From: a virus
DNA length: 64,000 bases
Virus record (IMG/VR): IMGVR_UViG_3300046514_000338
Span: 10,937 to 74,936 of that record
Reading direction: 5' to 3' (one strand)
The notes beneath the pieces were generated by a model that saw only the letters and a list, made by a program, of their open reading frames with translations, was not told the DNA's origin and made no database searches. Of the stretch, positions 28,379-39,900 are shown piece by piece (within the stretch, counting starts at the first letter, position 1; the number at the start of each line of letters is the position of its first letter). The position numbers were made by a program, and so were the translations under genes.

Positions 28379-28411
28379 GCGGCTAACCCATAAATAGGTT
28401 GGCCGTTTTTT
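28379..28411 (+). terminator. Intrinsic terminator
   Basis: GCGGCTAACC...GGTTGGCCGT followed by TTTTT. Confidence 0.7.
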
Positions 28412-28424
28412 CAATAAAAGTAAA

Positions 28425-29114
28425 ATGGCATTATCCGTAGATTATAATTACAAGTTCGCTCTTGATTTAATCCTGAAGTCTCAAAGCGCAGGATTAAAGT
28501 CTACGGCATATGCTAATCATTGGAACGATGCCCAATCAACATACTTTGATGACCTACTGGGGAGATTTCAGGCAAGAGGTAATGGTAAGGAAGGGGCTAA
28601 CACAGGACTCATAGTATCGGAAACAATACTTCAGAAACTTTCACCTTTCACTAAAGTTGTTACCCTAGGTGTAACAAATGGTGTTGTTAATAAACCGGAC
28701 GACTTTGCATACAGGCTTTCCATAAGAAGCGGTGAGGCTCCGTGTGTAAAAATACTTCCGGGGTCGATAGGGTATGTTAATAGCAGTGTGATTGACCCAC
28801 CATCGACAAGTTCACCGTCTTCCATTAGCCCAAGTTTATATTTTTCTGAATATCAAAATTATTACAGCGTTCTTCCGATTACGCTAACAAGTATTCAGCT
28901 AGAATATATCGCACGACCTAATGACGTTTTATGGGGATTTACTTTTGATATGGATGACAGGCAAGTGTATAATGAAGGTGCCAGTATTCAACCGCAATGG
29001 GATAATTCAAGTTGCAGGGAAATTACTAAAAGAATGCTTACTAATTTAGGAGTAGCATTTAAAGATAACGATTTTGTAAACTTTGGTAAAAGCGTACAGC
29101 TAACGGGCGAATAA
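28425..29114 (+). CDS. Putative head-tail adaptor / tail ring protein
   Basis: N.AQ, P.D, Y...P..V.W pattern; position. Confidence 0.55.
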   Translation: MALSVDYNYKFALDLILKSQSAGLKSTAYANHWNDAQSTYFDDLLGRFQARGNGKEGANTGLIVSETILQKLSPFTKVVTLGVTNGVVNKPDDFAYRLSIRSGEAPCVKILPGSIGYVNSSVIDPPSTSSPSSISPSLYFSEYQNYYSVLPITLTSIQLEYIARPNDVLWGFTFDMDDRQVYNEGASIQPQWDNSSCREITKRMLTNLGVAFKDNDFVNFGKSVQLTGE

Positions 29115-29126
29115 AAATTTACTACT

Positions 29127-29582
29127 ATGCCAACCACACTAGATACAACCAATCTTACAGTAACCATTTCGGAGCAACTCACTTCAAATGGGCAAACACT
29201 TAATTTCTCAAATCAACTTGTGTTGCCGAATATAAAACCATTTGACCCACGGGTGATGACTATTCCGATTACCGAAATTACCGTAATGCAGTTCGGAGCA
29301 ACACCCGCAGCGGGGCAGTTTATTAGCGCAAACGTTAGGTACATTCGTATTACCAATAAAGACGATACCAATTTTATCCGCATAAGGGTTATCAAAAGTG
29401 GAGGGCAGACATTTGATGTGAAACTAGAAGCCGGGAAATCATTTATTATGGGCAATACAAAAGAAAGTGCAAACACAACCGGAGCGGCGTTTTCTGCATT
29501 TGTAGATATGGACAACATAAGTGCGCAATCAGACACATCTCCATGCGATATTGAATATTTTGTAGCATCAATTGCTTCGTAA
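29127..29582 (+). CDS. Putative virion structural protein
   Basis: VRYIRITNKDDTN motif; beta-rich. Confidence 0.55.
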   Translation: MPTTLDTTNLTVTISEQLTSNGQTLNFSNQLVLPNIKPFDPRVMTIPITEITVMQFGATPAAGQFISANVRYIRITNKDDTNFIRIRVIKSGGQTFDVKLEAGKSFIMGNTKESANTTGAAFSAFVDMDNISAQSDTSPCDIEYFVASIAS

Positions 29583-29585
29583 CAT

Positions 29586-30245
29586 ATGTCATCATTAATA
29601 GCATATACAAAGCAGGCTTTAATAGAAAGAGTGCAGCGCCACATGACAAATGGGTGGCCTACTACTTCATTTTCTACTACTCCCGCCGAAATACTTTTGT
29701 ATATCGACCAAGCGGCAGCACCGACTATGGTAGGGCAGGCTTATCAGGGCGCAAAGATTGATGGTAATATCGCGGTACCCGAAGCATGGTACACTACATA
29801 CCAACTTCCGGCAACGAAACAAGATATTCCATCTGGCTATTGGTACTCTACACTTCCACAGCCTCCGGTAAGTCTTCCTTTAGGCTATTCAATAAACAGG
29901 GTTTATGCAGCATCAAATGGGGATGGTCAGAGCCTTGATTTTTTGCCGATAGAGGCCAAGAGGGTAGGAATGCGCGAATATCTTCCAAAGCCTCCCGGCG
30001 CAAGGTACTGGGTAACGGGTGATAAAATTTGGCTTGCATCTAACGATGGCGGTTCCTTGGATATATATACTGTATATGCCGAAATGATGAAATCAAGAAC
30101 TGAATCATTGTCTGAAACACTAAACATGCCGGACGATGCAATAGAACTCATCTTTCAAAACGTAGTAGCAAAAATCAAAGACAGGATGGGAATACCAAAA
30201 GATATTATTGTTGATGATTTACCGGCTGGTAATAAAACTAGTTAA
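29586..30245 (+). CDS. Putative tail ring protein
   Basis: Position; LP..P..L motif; C-terminal D...D. Confidence 0.5.
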   Translation: MSSLIAYTKQALIERVQRHMTNGWPTTSFSTTPAEILLYIDQAAAPTMVGQAYQGAKIDGNIAVPEAWYTTYQLPATKQDIPSGYWYSTLPQPPVSLPLGYSINRVYAASNGDGQSLDFLPIEAKRVGMREYLPKPPGARYWVTGDKIWLASNDGGSLDIYTVYAEMMKSRTESLSETLNMPDDAIELIFQNVVAKIKDRMGIPKDIIVDDLPAGNKTS

Positions 30246-30247
30246 CC

Positions 30248-30970
30248 ATGCAGTTTGAACCACTAAAAACTATTGTGGCATTTGCCTTAGACGCGAATGG
30301 AAAATCTCAGAAGGATTTTGATAAAGCGTGGTTGCTTGCTTTTAGGGCATTATCTGACCTGAAACGTAGCTTTGCTGCCTTACCAAAGAGTGTTCGCATC
30401 CCTGTTAATGCAAATAAAACCGTTACTCTTCCGGCAGATTATAATGCATGGAGTAAGATAGGTGTCCTAAATAGTCACGGCGAAGTTTGTTCTTTGAAAG
30501 TAAATAACGGCCTTTCTATTTGGAGAGACAATAACCCTAATCGACTCACATCTCTTACACCAGATGTTACCGATAGTATGCCGCTTATCACCAACAATCC
30601 ATTCTATCTTAATTATTATTACAACGGCGTATATGGTAACCTGTTTGGAACAGGTGGCGGGTTGATTCAGTACGGAGCCTGCCGCGTAGATGAGCGTAAC
30701 AATATTATTTTGCTTGAAGATAATTTTCAATACGACAGCGTTATTTTGGAATATATCAGCGCCCCGGAACGTGACCAAGATTATATGGTAGAAGAGGCGT
30801 TGCGTGAAGCTATTATTGCTTTTATAGAATGGAAAATGAAACTAGCGCCAGAAAAAAGTTACTACGATAGGGCAATTGAAGCAAGAAGAAGTCTTCCGGG
30901 CAAGCGCGTTACATTGCAAAATATAAACCAAGTAATAAGGGAAGCAACAGGACAATATCTAAAATCTTAA
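30248..30970 (+). CDS. Putative tail ring protein
   Basis: LPADY..W.KIG, VILEYIS, EA..A.I.W. Confidence 0.55.
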   Translation: MQFEPLKTIVAFALDANGKSQKDFDKAWLLAFRALSDLKRSFAALPKSVRIPVNANKTVTLPADYNAWSKIGVLNSHGEVCSLKVNNGLSIWRDNNPNRLTSLTPDVTDSMPLITNNPFYLNYYYNGVYGNLFGTGGGLIQYGACRVDERNNIILLEDNFQYDSVILEYISAPERDQDYMVEEALREAIIAFIEWKMKLAPEKSYYDRAIEARRSLPGKRVTLQNINQVIREATGQYLKS

Positions 30971-30980
30971 AATCACAACC

Positions 30981-31286
30981 ATGTCACAACCCTTTCCAAC
31001 TTCAGGAACCACATTTTCAAGCATATTAGGCATCCACGGGATGAAAGCCCCGACTATTATTTTACAGCAGCGACCCGGAGGGGCAAGTGCCTACGGATTT
31101 ACTCTTGTGAATGATGATTGGGTATTTGGAACAGTAGTAGCCACTTATCCAAACTGCCCAAACTGGTGCATAAATGATATTGTGTTTTTTGATTTAACAA
31201 AAGCGGTACGGTTTCTATTCGGGACTATAAACTATTACGCCATCGACGAAGCCTATATTTATTTTGCTGAAACACCTGTACTGTAA
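30981..31286 (+). CDS. GroES-fold-like small protein inside the tail module
   Basis: GTVVA.......NDIVFF......F.....YY.IDE..I resembles the GroES beta-barrel. Confidence 0.4.
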   Translation: MSQPFPTSGTTFSSILGIHGMKAPTIILQQRPGGASAYGFTLVNDDWVFGTVVATYPNCPNWCINDIVFFDLTKAVRFLFGTINYYAIDEAYIYFAETPVL

Positions 31287-34200
31287 TGGGAACCGACCTG
31301 AAACAATATTTGCGGGCGCTAAATCTTGACGATAGCCTTTTTAACCTAAAGGCCGACGAATATATTGATGCCCTAAATGTTTCAAAGGATGCCGTTGACC
31401 CATCATTTGATAACGCCTTGACAAATGTTACAGGGAACAGGCTTGTTCCTTATAATAAACCGGCAGGAAGTAACGTAGTAATAGGCGCAAAGGCTGACCT
31501 TACCAGAAATAGAGTGTACGAGTTCATATGGAACTCAGTTGGCAAACATTCTATAGTAATATTTGACAGACCTACCCGTACTAGAACTAAATTGATTGAA
31601 AACCTAACAGATACTAATCAGATTGACGTTTTAGGGTTCAGGCGAAATAAAAAAATAATTCATGCAGATATTATTTACCGTGACCAATCAGAGGGAGATT
31701 TACTATTCTGGACAGACGGAAGTGTAAGCCCAAGAAAGGCAAACGTAAAACATCTGAAAGACGGTATTTATTCCTATGTGAAAACCCCGTTCATAGAAAC
31801 GGCCAAACAGCCGCCGCGAGTACCCGTCATCGCAGTATATGGGAGTGACCCACTGAGAAATGCTAATTCACTCCGAAAGAAATTAGCGATGACCACCTAT
31901 CGCTATGTGTATGACGATTTTGAGAAGTCTACTTTTACTACTTACAGTAAGATTCCACTTCCAAGCGGGTACTACGGCAGCGACAATGACACAAATGACA
32001 CAAAAAACAATTTTATCAAACTTACTGTTGAAACAGGCGACGAAAATGTAACTGCCATTGAGGTAGCTATAAGATTTAATGTCGCTGGTAATTGGCAAGA
32101 TTTTGTTTTAGTGGCAACATTAAATAAAGCACAGTTAGGCATACCAAGCAATACTACCTACGACTACTTTTTCTACAATGACGCAATATATCCTCCTATT
32201 GCTGTGGATGAGGTGATACAGCTTTTTGATTGGGTTCCACGGCTTGCAAAATCTCAATGCAGCGCCAATGGGAACACTATTGAATATGGCGCAATAACTG
32301 AAAACTATAACAATTATCCGCTTAATCAATTGGACGTAACGATTACAACTGAAAATTTATCAAATTCTCCACCAGATACCGACCCGCCTCAAATTACTTA
32401 TACTAACGATGGTCCGGGTACAGAGATAAATTATACATTCACCGTTATCGGTAGTGTTCCAATAGGGTCGGAGTATGAGATAATTGTGTATGACCCAACT
32501 CAACCAGACCCATATATACTTGTATTCTATACGTCTATTCCGGGTGACACAATAGATAGTATTGTGACTAAATTATTTAACCTGTTCCCCGTATTCAACA
32601 GGACTATAATAACGTCACCATCATTTATTGTTACATTTCCATCTGGAAGTTCTGTGCTTGCGTGTTCCGTCATTGCCGGCTCCGGCTCACCATCTGTTAT
32701 TTCAACCGAAAAAACATGGTTGTGGGGTTCAAATTATTTGTTTGGGTTAATATATAAGGACGACCAAGGAAGAATTATGCCGGGCGTATTGACGTTTAAT
32801 CTTCCAATTAGTAGTGATAACGACTTCATGATTACAACGGGAGAGTTTTCATTAGACACAATCAATCCGCAAACGCCTGTAGTTAATGCTCAAATAAATC
32901 ACTTGCCACCAACCGGCGCTGTATCATATGCGTGGGTAAGGAGAAGGATGACATACGCCAACTTTTTATTTTACGAGACTTGCGATATGCAATCCGATGC
33001 TGATTTTTATTATTTCTGTCTTGCAAATATTGAGCAGTATAAAATAGATAACAGCCAATTTGTTTATGGTACCGCGCCAATAACAAACGACAGCAGGATA
33101 AAGGTGATTGCAGGTATTACCGGAAGTTCTTACAATGGGCAATTGTGGAATCAGGATTACGAGATACTTGGGCAGGTGACAAGAACATTAACAGGAGGGG
33201 CAGCACCAGCCGATAATAGGTTTTATATAAAGGTAAAAAAGACAACCGCCGCTGTAAGCCCTGCCTACACCGCAAATATGTTGGTAATGGTCTATACGCC
33301 AATGCAAAATCCAACTAATGCAGCCGACAGCGTGTATTTTGAGTGGGGCGAAGAGTTCCCTATTTACGAATTGCTAACCATGACTTATTCTATTTTGTCT
33401 AGTGTAATTGTATCAGGAGAAACAGTCATTGGTTCAATCAGCGGAGCAACCGCAACCGTAGTATTCAATGATACGACAAGCAAACTTTATCTTGATAATC
33501 GACTGCGCACCTTCGTAGCAGGAGAAACTATAACGGGGCAAACTAGCGGAGGTAAGGTTCATCTTATTTCATTTACTACCGTCAACTATCATCGCGGCGG
33601 AACGCAAGACCAAAATGCTACACAGCCCGCTAAATTCTTTTGGCCCGAAGGAGATGTGTATTTTCATAAGAGGTCGATGTATCGTCAAATCAGGGCAGGT
33701 CTTCCATTTACGGCAGACAAAGTTAGCATCATGGATGCCGGTTTTTCTGATTTCTTCCCAAGCGGTGTAAATGATAATGGTCGCGGTATTACCATAGAAG
33801 CAAACGCAAGGGAAACATATTTCCCGGCAACAATTCGTTTCAGCAGGGAGTATCAGCAAAATACAAGCATCAACCAAACAAACAGATTTTTCTTTAATAA
33901 CTTTATCGACCTTGACCGTTCTTTTGGCGACATATTTAAAATGTCATTGCACGACAGGTATATCAGAATAGGGCAGCGGTATAAGATTGGTGCTGTCCCT
34001 ATTTTTAACCAACTTACAAAAGACTCAGCCAATACTTCATTGCTTGCGGCTACAGATGCTTTGCTAAATCCTGTTCAATATTATTCTGGTGACTTTGGCG
34101 TTGGCCGGGAGTTCCCCGTGTGGGTTGATTTTAATAATTCAAGTTATTTCTTCGACACAAATAGAGGCATTTGGTGCAGACTGTCATTAGATGGTATTAT

Positions 34201-34888
34201 ACCTATTTCGGTATTATATAATATCAATTCATGGTGTACGAGGCATGGTATTCTTCGCACAGGAGATTTCTTTATCTACGGAACCTTTGATTCAAAATTA
34301 AACAACTGCCTATTTACTTTTGAGGCCACAGATACCGATGCAGCCGCTACCATTAGTTTCGACGAAGAAACAAATTCGTATGAGGCATTCCTTTCGTTCC
34401 AGCCTGAGTTCATGGCATCTCTTGGCGACCTTCTGATTACTTACAAAAATGGTGATACATGGACACATGATGGAGATTTATTTAATAACTTTTATGGCAC
34501 TCAATTCCCATCTACTATAACGCCCGTTTTTAATCAAGCCTCACAGGTCAAAAAGAAATTTTTGTCTGTAGCATACCGCTCAAACAAAGTGTGGTCATCC
34601 CCGTCAAAGGGAGATGTAATGACAAGTACGGTTAATCAGCAGACCAACATGCAACAACAAAGTAAGATACTAGAGAGCCAGTATGAGTTGCAGGAAACGA
34701 TTTTAACTAGCGCATTCAACTATGACATGAACAGCAGGAGCGACGAACGAATGGGGCTTTGGGAAGGTGACCCTCTTGGCGGGGATTATTGTGTAGTTAA
34801 GTTTGTGTGTCCGGCAGCTTCGTCAAGAGAATTAGTTCATTTTAATTTACCGTATATTAACTATATTCCGTCATCCAAAATATTTTAA
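31286..34888 (+). CDS. Tail stabilisation / nozzle (muzzle) protein
   Basis: 1200 aa; LN.D...EY.DALN, LFWTD....PRK.N, VP..AK.Q....N...YG, G.I..., YF.D..RG...RLS.DG..PIS, HD....NNFYG. Confidence 0.75.
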   Translation: MGTDLKQYLRALNLDDSLFNLKADEYIDALNVSKDAVDPSFDNALTNVTGNRLVPYNKPAGSNVVIGAKADLTRNRVYEFIWNSVGKHSIVIFDRPTRTRTKLIENLTDTNQIDVLGFRRNKKIIHADIIYRDQSEGDLLFWTDGSVSPRKANVKHLKDGIYSYVKTPFIETAKQPPRVPVIAVYGSDPLRNANSLRKKLAMTTYRYVYDDFEKSTFTTYSKIPLPSGYYGSDNDTNDTKNNFIKLTVETGDENVTAIEVAIRFNVAGNWQDFVLVATLNKAQLGIPSNTTYDYFFYNDAIYPPIAVDEVIQLFDWVPRLAKSQCSANGNTIEYGAITENYNNYPLNQLDVTITTENLSNSPPDTDPPQITYTNDGPGTEINYTFTVIGSVPIGSEYEIIVYDPTQPDPYILVFYTSIPGDTIDSIVTKLFNLFPVFNRTIITSPSFIVTFPSGSSVLACSVIAGSGSPSVISTEKTWLWGSNYLFGLIYKDDQGRIMPGVLTFNLPISSDNDFMITTGEFSLDTINPQTPVVNAQINHLPPTGAVSYAWVRRRMTYANFLFYETCDMQSDADFYYFCLANIEQYKIDNSQFVYGTAPITNDSRIKVIAGITGSSYNGQLWNQDYEILGQVTRTLTGGAAPADNRFYIKVKKTTAAVSPAYTANMLVMVYTPMQNPTNAADSVYFEWGEEFPIYELLTMTYSILSSVIVSGETVIGSISGATATVVFNDTTSKLYLDNRLRTFVAGETITGQTSGGKVHLISFTTVNYHRGGTQDQNATQPAKFFWPEGDVYFHKRSMYRQIRAGLPFTADKVSIMDAGFSDFFPSGVNDNGRGITIEANARETYFPATIRFSREYQQNTSINQTNRFFFNNFIDLDRSFGDIFKMSLHDRYIRIGQRYKIGAVPIFNQLTKDSANTSLLAATDALLNPVQYYSGDFGVGREFPVWVDFNNSSYFFDTNRGIWCRLSLDGIIPISVLYNINSWCTRHGILRTGDFFIYGTFDSKLNNCLFTFEATDTDAAATISFDEETNSYEAFLSFQPEFMASLGDLLITYKNGDTWTHDGDLFNNFYGTQFPSTITPVFNQASQVKKKFLSVAYRSNKVWSSPSKGDVMTSTVNQQTNMQQQSKILESQYELQETILTSAFNYDMNSRSDERMGLWEGDPLGGDYCVVKFVCPAASSRELVHFNLPYINYIPSSKIF

Positions 34889-34891
34889 AAC

Positions 34892-35521
34892 ATGCCGTCA
34901 CCAGATTTAATTGGCTCAATAGGGCAGGCAGCGGGGGGGATAGCCAAAGGAGTAGTAGGTTACTTCCAGAATAGAAAGGCCAATAAGCTACTTAAAGGTC
35001 TTCAATATCCCACAGAGACAATGCCATCGGCGTTAGTAGAAAACCAAAATCGCTGGCGGCAACTTGCAGGTCAGGGTCTTCCATCTCAGCAATATGCCCA
35101 AGCCATGAGAAATCTTCAGCGCACACAACTTTCGTCGCTGATGGCAGCGCATGACCGAAGGGGTGGCCTTGGTTCCATTGCAGGAATACAGCAGGGTACC
35201 AATGACGCATCTCTAAATTTAGATACGGCGGATGCCCGCATGAGACTTCAAAACGAGCAAGGGTTGATGAACGTAAACAATCAGGTGGCCGCTACGCAGC
35301 GTGATTTATTCCAAAAGAACATAAGGGATAAACATACGCAGGATTATGGTTACGCAATGAGGTTAAAAGGGCAAGGCAATCAAAATATGTTTGGCGGCCT
35401 TGACCAATTGCTAGGAGCGGGGCAGTATTATGCCGCATCTAAGCGCCCCGGATATGGAGGCGGTTATGGAGGCGGGTACCAACAATACGGTCCCGGATAT
35501 TTACCACCAAACTTAGGTTAA
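34892..35521 (+). CDS. Putative ejection (internal virion) protein
   Basis: Gly/Ala/Gln-rich helical protein directly after the nozzle gene. Confidence 0.6.
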   Translation: MPSPDLIGSIGQAAGGIAKGVVGYFQNRKANKLLKGLQYPTETMPSALVENQNRWRQLAGQGLPSQQYAQAMRNLQRTQLSSLMAAHDRRGGLGSIAGIQQGTNDASLNLDTADARMRLQNEQGLMNVNNQVAATQRDLFQKNIRDKHTQDYGYAMRLKGQGNQNMFGGLDQLLGAGQYYAASKRPGYGGGYGGGYQQYGPGYLPPNLG

Positions 35522-35529
35522 ACTAAAAC

Positions 35530-36987
35530 ATGCCAACCCCACAACCATACGGAGATATTTTCCAAGCAAATACGCCTTATACTGACAAGGCTACAAATTA
35601 TTTATTGCAGGAGCAGCGCCAGCGCGAACTATACAAGCAAAAACAGGCAGAGCAGATAGACAACGAACTCCGCACGACAATGCAGGGTGTCAGAAGCGGA
35701 GATGTGTCAAAAATGGCCGACCTGTATAATGATTACAAAACATCATGGCAAAAACTAAATTTCAATCCACCAAAAAATCAAAAAGAATATTTACAGGCGC
35801 AGCGTGATTTGGTTGAAAAAAAAGCAGCCATGTTTAATCACGTTGCGCTAAGTAAGGAACAGGCGGCGAGGGACGATTATGCGTTGCGGGCAGTTGGGGT
35901 AGATAAAAATGACCAGTTCGTACATAATGCTTATGACCTTATCATGCAGAGAAAGAAGCTGCCGTATGACCAAATGGTTCAAACTACTGATGAGAACGGC
36001 AAACCTGTTACTATTGACCCAACAGACCTAGACCAAATAAAAAGACAAATAGATGTGCCCGGAGTAATGAAAGCTGTTACCGCCGCAAGAGGGAAAGAGC
36101 AGACTTACAAAGGCGATAGATACAAGGCAACGCCAAATGACCTTAAGTACACGCAAGACACATACGCCTATGGAAACAAGCCAAAACAATTCTTTGATAG
36201 CATGTCTCTTTCTGCAACTCAAAACCCTACTAAGTTTTTAAATACGTTACAAGAGCCATCGCCGCAGGAGTATATCAAAACAGAGCAGGAATATTATGCA
36301 GCCATGACACCAGAGGTAAAAAAAGCATGGCGCATAGGCGAAGGAGAAGAACTGCCAGATGACGAGGGGCTTTCAGATGTTCAGAAGGCTATAAAATACC
36401 AAGCAATGAAGTACGCCATTATGAACCCACCAAGGAAAAGTCCGTCATATATCACAGACGAAGAGCAAAAAATGGCAGATGAAGAGGCAAAACAAAAAAG
36501 ACTTATATCATACCGTGAATCAGTAGGAGATATTTATAAAAAAGCGCGTATTGATTATCGAAATTCAGCAAATGACCAACAAAAAGAAGGTGTCATTCAA
36601 AAATTGGTCGATGATTCATTTGATGCGGGGCAGCAAAAAGTTGCCACAGCCGTAAATGGTAAATACACTCCGGCAAGGCTAATATCAGTTCCGGTAGAGT
36701 TTGCGAAACAGTATGAGAAGGCAGACCCAAAACTTTCTGGTGCTAAAGTAAGACCAGTATTCTATATGACCGAAGACAAGAAATATGTTGTACCGCGTTA
36801 TCCTAGAGAAGAGTCATATGGCCAAACACCAATTCCAATTAAGACGTACAAGGCAGAAATAGGTAAAATTATTCTAAGCAAAAAAGATAACGAAGCAGAG
36901 ATTGAGTTAGATAACACTAATCCAGAAAAACCAACAACATCTCCGGCAACTAAAACTAAAAAATCAAAAGTAGGAGCACTTAACTAA
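35530..36987 (+). CDS. Putative ejection (internal virion) protein
   Basis: Helical charged protein in the ejectosome position. Confidence 0.55.
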   Translation: MPTPQPYGDIFQANTPYTDKATNYLLQEQRQRELYKQKQAEQIDNELRTTMQGVRSGDVSKMADLYNDYKTSWQKLNFNPPKNQKEYLQAQRDLVEKKAAMFNHVALSKEQAARDDYALRAVGVDKNDQFVHNAYDLIMQRKKLPYDQMVQTTDENGKPVTIDPTDLDQIKRQIDVPGVMKAVTAARGKEQTYKGDRYKATPNDLKYTQDTYAYGNKPKQFFDSMSLSATQNPTKFLNTLQEPSPQEYIKTEQEYYAAMTPEVKKAWRIGEGEELPDDEGLSDVQKAIKYQAMKYAIMNPPRKSPSYITDEEQKMADEEAKQKRLISYRESVGDIYKKARIDYRNSANDQQKEGVIQKLVDDSFDAGQQKVATAVNGKYTPARLISVPVEFAKQYEKADPKLSGAKVRPVFYMTEDKKYVVPRYPREESYGQTPIPIKTYKAEIGKIILSKKDNEAEIELDNTNPEKPTTSPATKTKKSKVGALN

Positions 36988-39900
36988 TGGCATTTGTTGA
37001 TACCGATATACCAGAAGCACCACTAGCGCCGCCGCCTAATGGTGACCCGTTAAAGGATATGTATAATATACTTTCGAGTCCAGATAATAAATATTATACA
37101 AAATCATTTGACGAGTTTAAAAAGAAGTACAGCAGCAAAGACGAGGTGGATAAGTTATTTGATTTCGTCAGCGGAGAGCAGCTTTATACAAAATCAAAGG
37201 ATGATTTCTATGGTAAATATTTCCCATCGTTAACTGATAAAAAAAAAGAAGATTTTCCACTTTTATATCCAAGGTCAAAGCCTTCTTCAATTCAATCTAC
37301 TTTAGGTGGCCGGTTGCAAGGCGAAGAAAGTAAGCCTGTTGGTGTTAACACCAAGGAAGAGGTAGCGCAATTTCAGTTTCCCAAAACAAGTCAACTGCCG
37401 GAGAATTTCAGTTCTAAGGATATTCAAAAAGAAGCAGAGCGGCAGATTGCAGAACAGGGAAGTAGAATATCGCCAACGGAAACAGACCCTCTTGGGGCAA
37501 TAATGAAAGGCGGCCAAACAAATGAAGCCGATATAGTAGGTCAACAAACATCTCCTTATAAATATCAGAACAAAGGCGCTGAAACAGTAGTAGAACAAAA
37601 AAAACAAGATATTTTAAATGGCGCTTTCCCGTCAGCCGACCAAGCAAAATCATATCTAACCTCTGTTGGTATAACTAACATAGATACAAGAAATGTTGGG
37701 GAATTACTTCAGCAGGCAGGAAATAATTTAACCAAACAGGTAGCCATCGGTAAGTACGAAAACTTTAAGAACGTAGAAAAAGCGTTTGATTACGGTAAAC
37801 GCACACTTGGGGAAGCTGCCGCTCATTGGGCTGCCGACCACGGAAACGAAGATGTGAAATATCTCATAGATAATCGCCATCCAATAAATGATGCTACGAT
37901 GGGAGATTTGAAGATGCAATTTTTACAGACACCTGAACTTTTTGAACTAGCTGATAAAAACCCTGCACTCAAACAAGAAATTAACGAAGAGATTTCAAAT
38001 TTCCCTGCCACGCATCCAGAAACGGCAGCAAAGATACTTGGAGATATGCTTGCTGATGAGCGTGAACAGTTAGGACAAAATAGTAGTTGGTCAAATATCG
38101 TATCAAAAGAAAGCGGCGATAAGTTAATGAAGGGGTTGATAGATAGCGGTAAGATACCGATGAGTTATATGTCCGTGTATCAAAATGAAATCCGTCCAAA
38201 GTTGGGAACGATTAACGGAATCGGACGACTTATTGGAAATGCAATCCCTGTTGTAAACAAAGCAGTAAACGAAGACCCTATCACAACGCCGGGAGCATTA
38301 CAAGGACTTGTAAGAGGCGCAGAAAATGTTGAAACAGACCTTGCCAAAGGCATCGTTAACCTAACCGGATTGAATCCTCTTTCAAAGGAGCAGAACATTC
38401 AGGTGCTATTGCATCAGCAGGCGGCGAAATCTCAATTTGAACCAACGTCATCTCTACATCAGTTAACTATGCACGGTTCAGAAATGTTACCATTTGTGGC
38501 CTCTGTGTTTTTGGGCGGCAATCTTCTTCGTGCCGCAAACATTGTAAAAAGCCCAGAACTAGCTAGTGCTTTATCTATGGTTATAAATTCACATGGGCAG
38601 CAAGTAGATAAAGCCTTAATGTTATTCCCAGACAATGATTTTAAGCAATACACCTACATAGGAACAATGGATTTGGCAAATGGGTTTTTAGGACGGTTAC
38701 TACCGGGGCAAAAACTATTTGGTGCGGCGGAAGATAGTGAGGTGGCTGGCATACTTTCTAGCATGGTTGATGGAAAGATTTCTACAGACGCAGCAAAGAA
38801 TCAGATTATTAATTTCTTTAAAACCACCATCAAAGGAGCCGCAAAAGGTGCGCTTGGTGGCGCTGAATACAGTGGCGCTATGTCAGGACTTGATGATGCG
38901 TTAACAAGACTCTTGCAGAATAAAGGTGTTGACCTATCGCAGACATTCAGTAAAACATGGGAAGGCGCAAAACTAGGGCTATTGAGCACAATCCCGGCAG
39001 CAGGTCTTGAAGGAATGTCCGAGGGAGCCAAGGGTGTTGCACAAAATAAAGGAATCAGGAATGAGTACATCAATTTCGCCCATTATGCCGACTATTACAA
39101 GGGATTAATTGCAGACCACGCAAAGAGTGACCCTGAGTTTGCAAAACTAGCACCTGACATATTAAGCAACTTAGAACATCTTTCGCAAACATACACCGAC
39201 ATTAGTGATAAGGGTATGGGTGAAGACAGGCTAGGCCGTTATTTAGCAAATTCTCTTTCAGAAAAAATAGCCAACGACAAACTTAAAGTAACCACCGACC
39301 CAAGGGTAAAGCAGGAGATAAAGGATAAGATTGAAAAACTTGACGAAGACCAAAATAAAATCCTTGGAGAAAAAGAGGCCGTGGCTGTTACAACACCAAG
39401 AAAAACAGGAAGGGAAGTAACCAAGAACGGGGTAACAGTAACGATGCCAGCGCCGCCAGAAAGAAAGTCAACGGCTGTTATCATGCCTCATGAAAATGTT
39501 GTTCCTGAAAATGTACCATTAAAAAAAGAACCATCAGCCGAAGAACCCACACCTAAAGAAGTAGGTGCTGTATCTGATGAAAAAACTAAATTTCTTGAAG
39601 AAAATCCACATTCAGGGGGGGCATTGACTGGCAATCCAGATAAATTCGATAAACTTCCAGATGATTCAGAAGTGTGGGTATTTACTGCCACTACTCCAAA
39701 CAATGCTAAAAATATTATAGAAGGAGGAGAAGAATATGTACCTGAATTGCAAGGACAGAATATAAAAGGGGAATCAAAAAATGTTTATGTTGGGTCAGAC
39801 CCAAGGGTAGTATCTGGATTAGGGAAGACAATCGTAGCTTTTAAAGTTAAAAAATCTGATTTAGGTCTTTCCCCAGAAGCAGAAAAAGCAAATCAATCTC

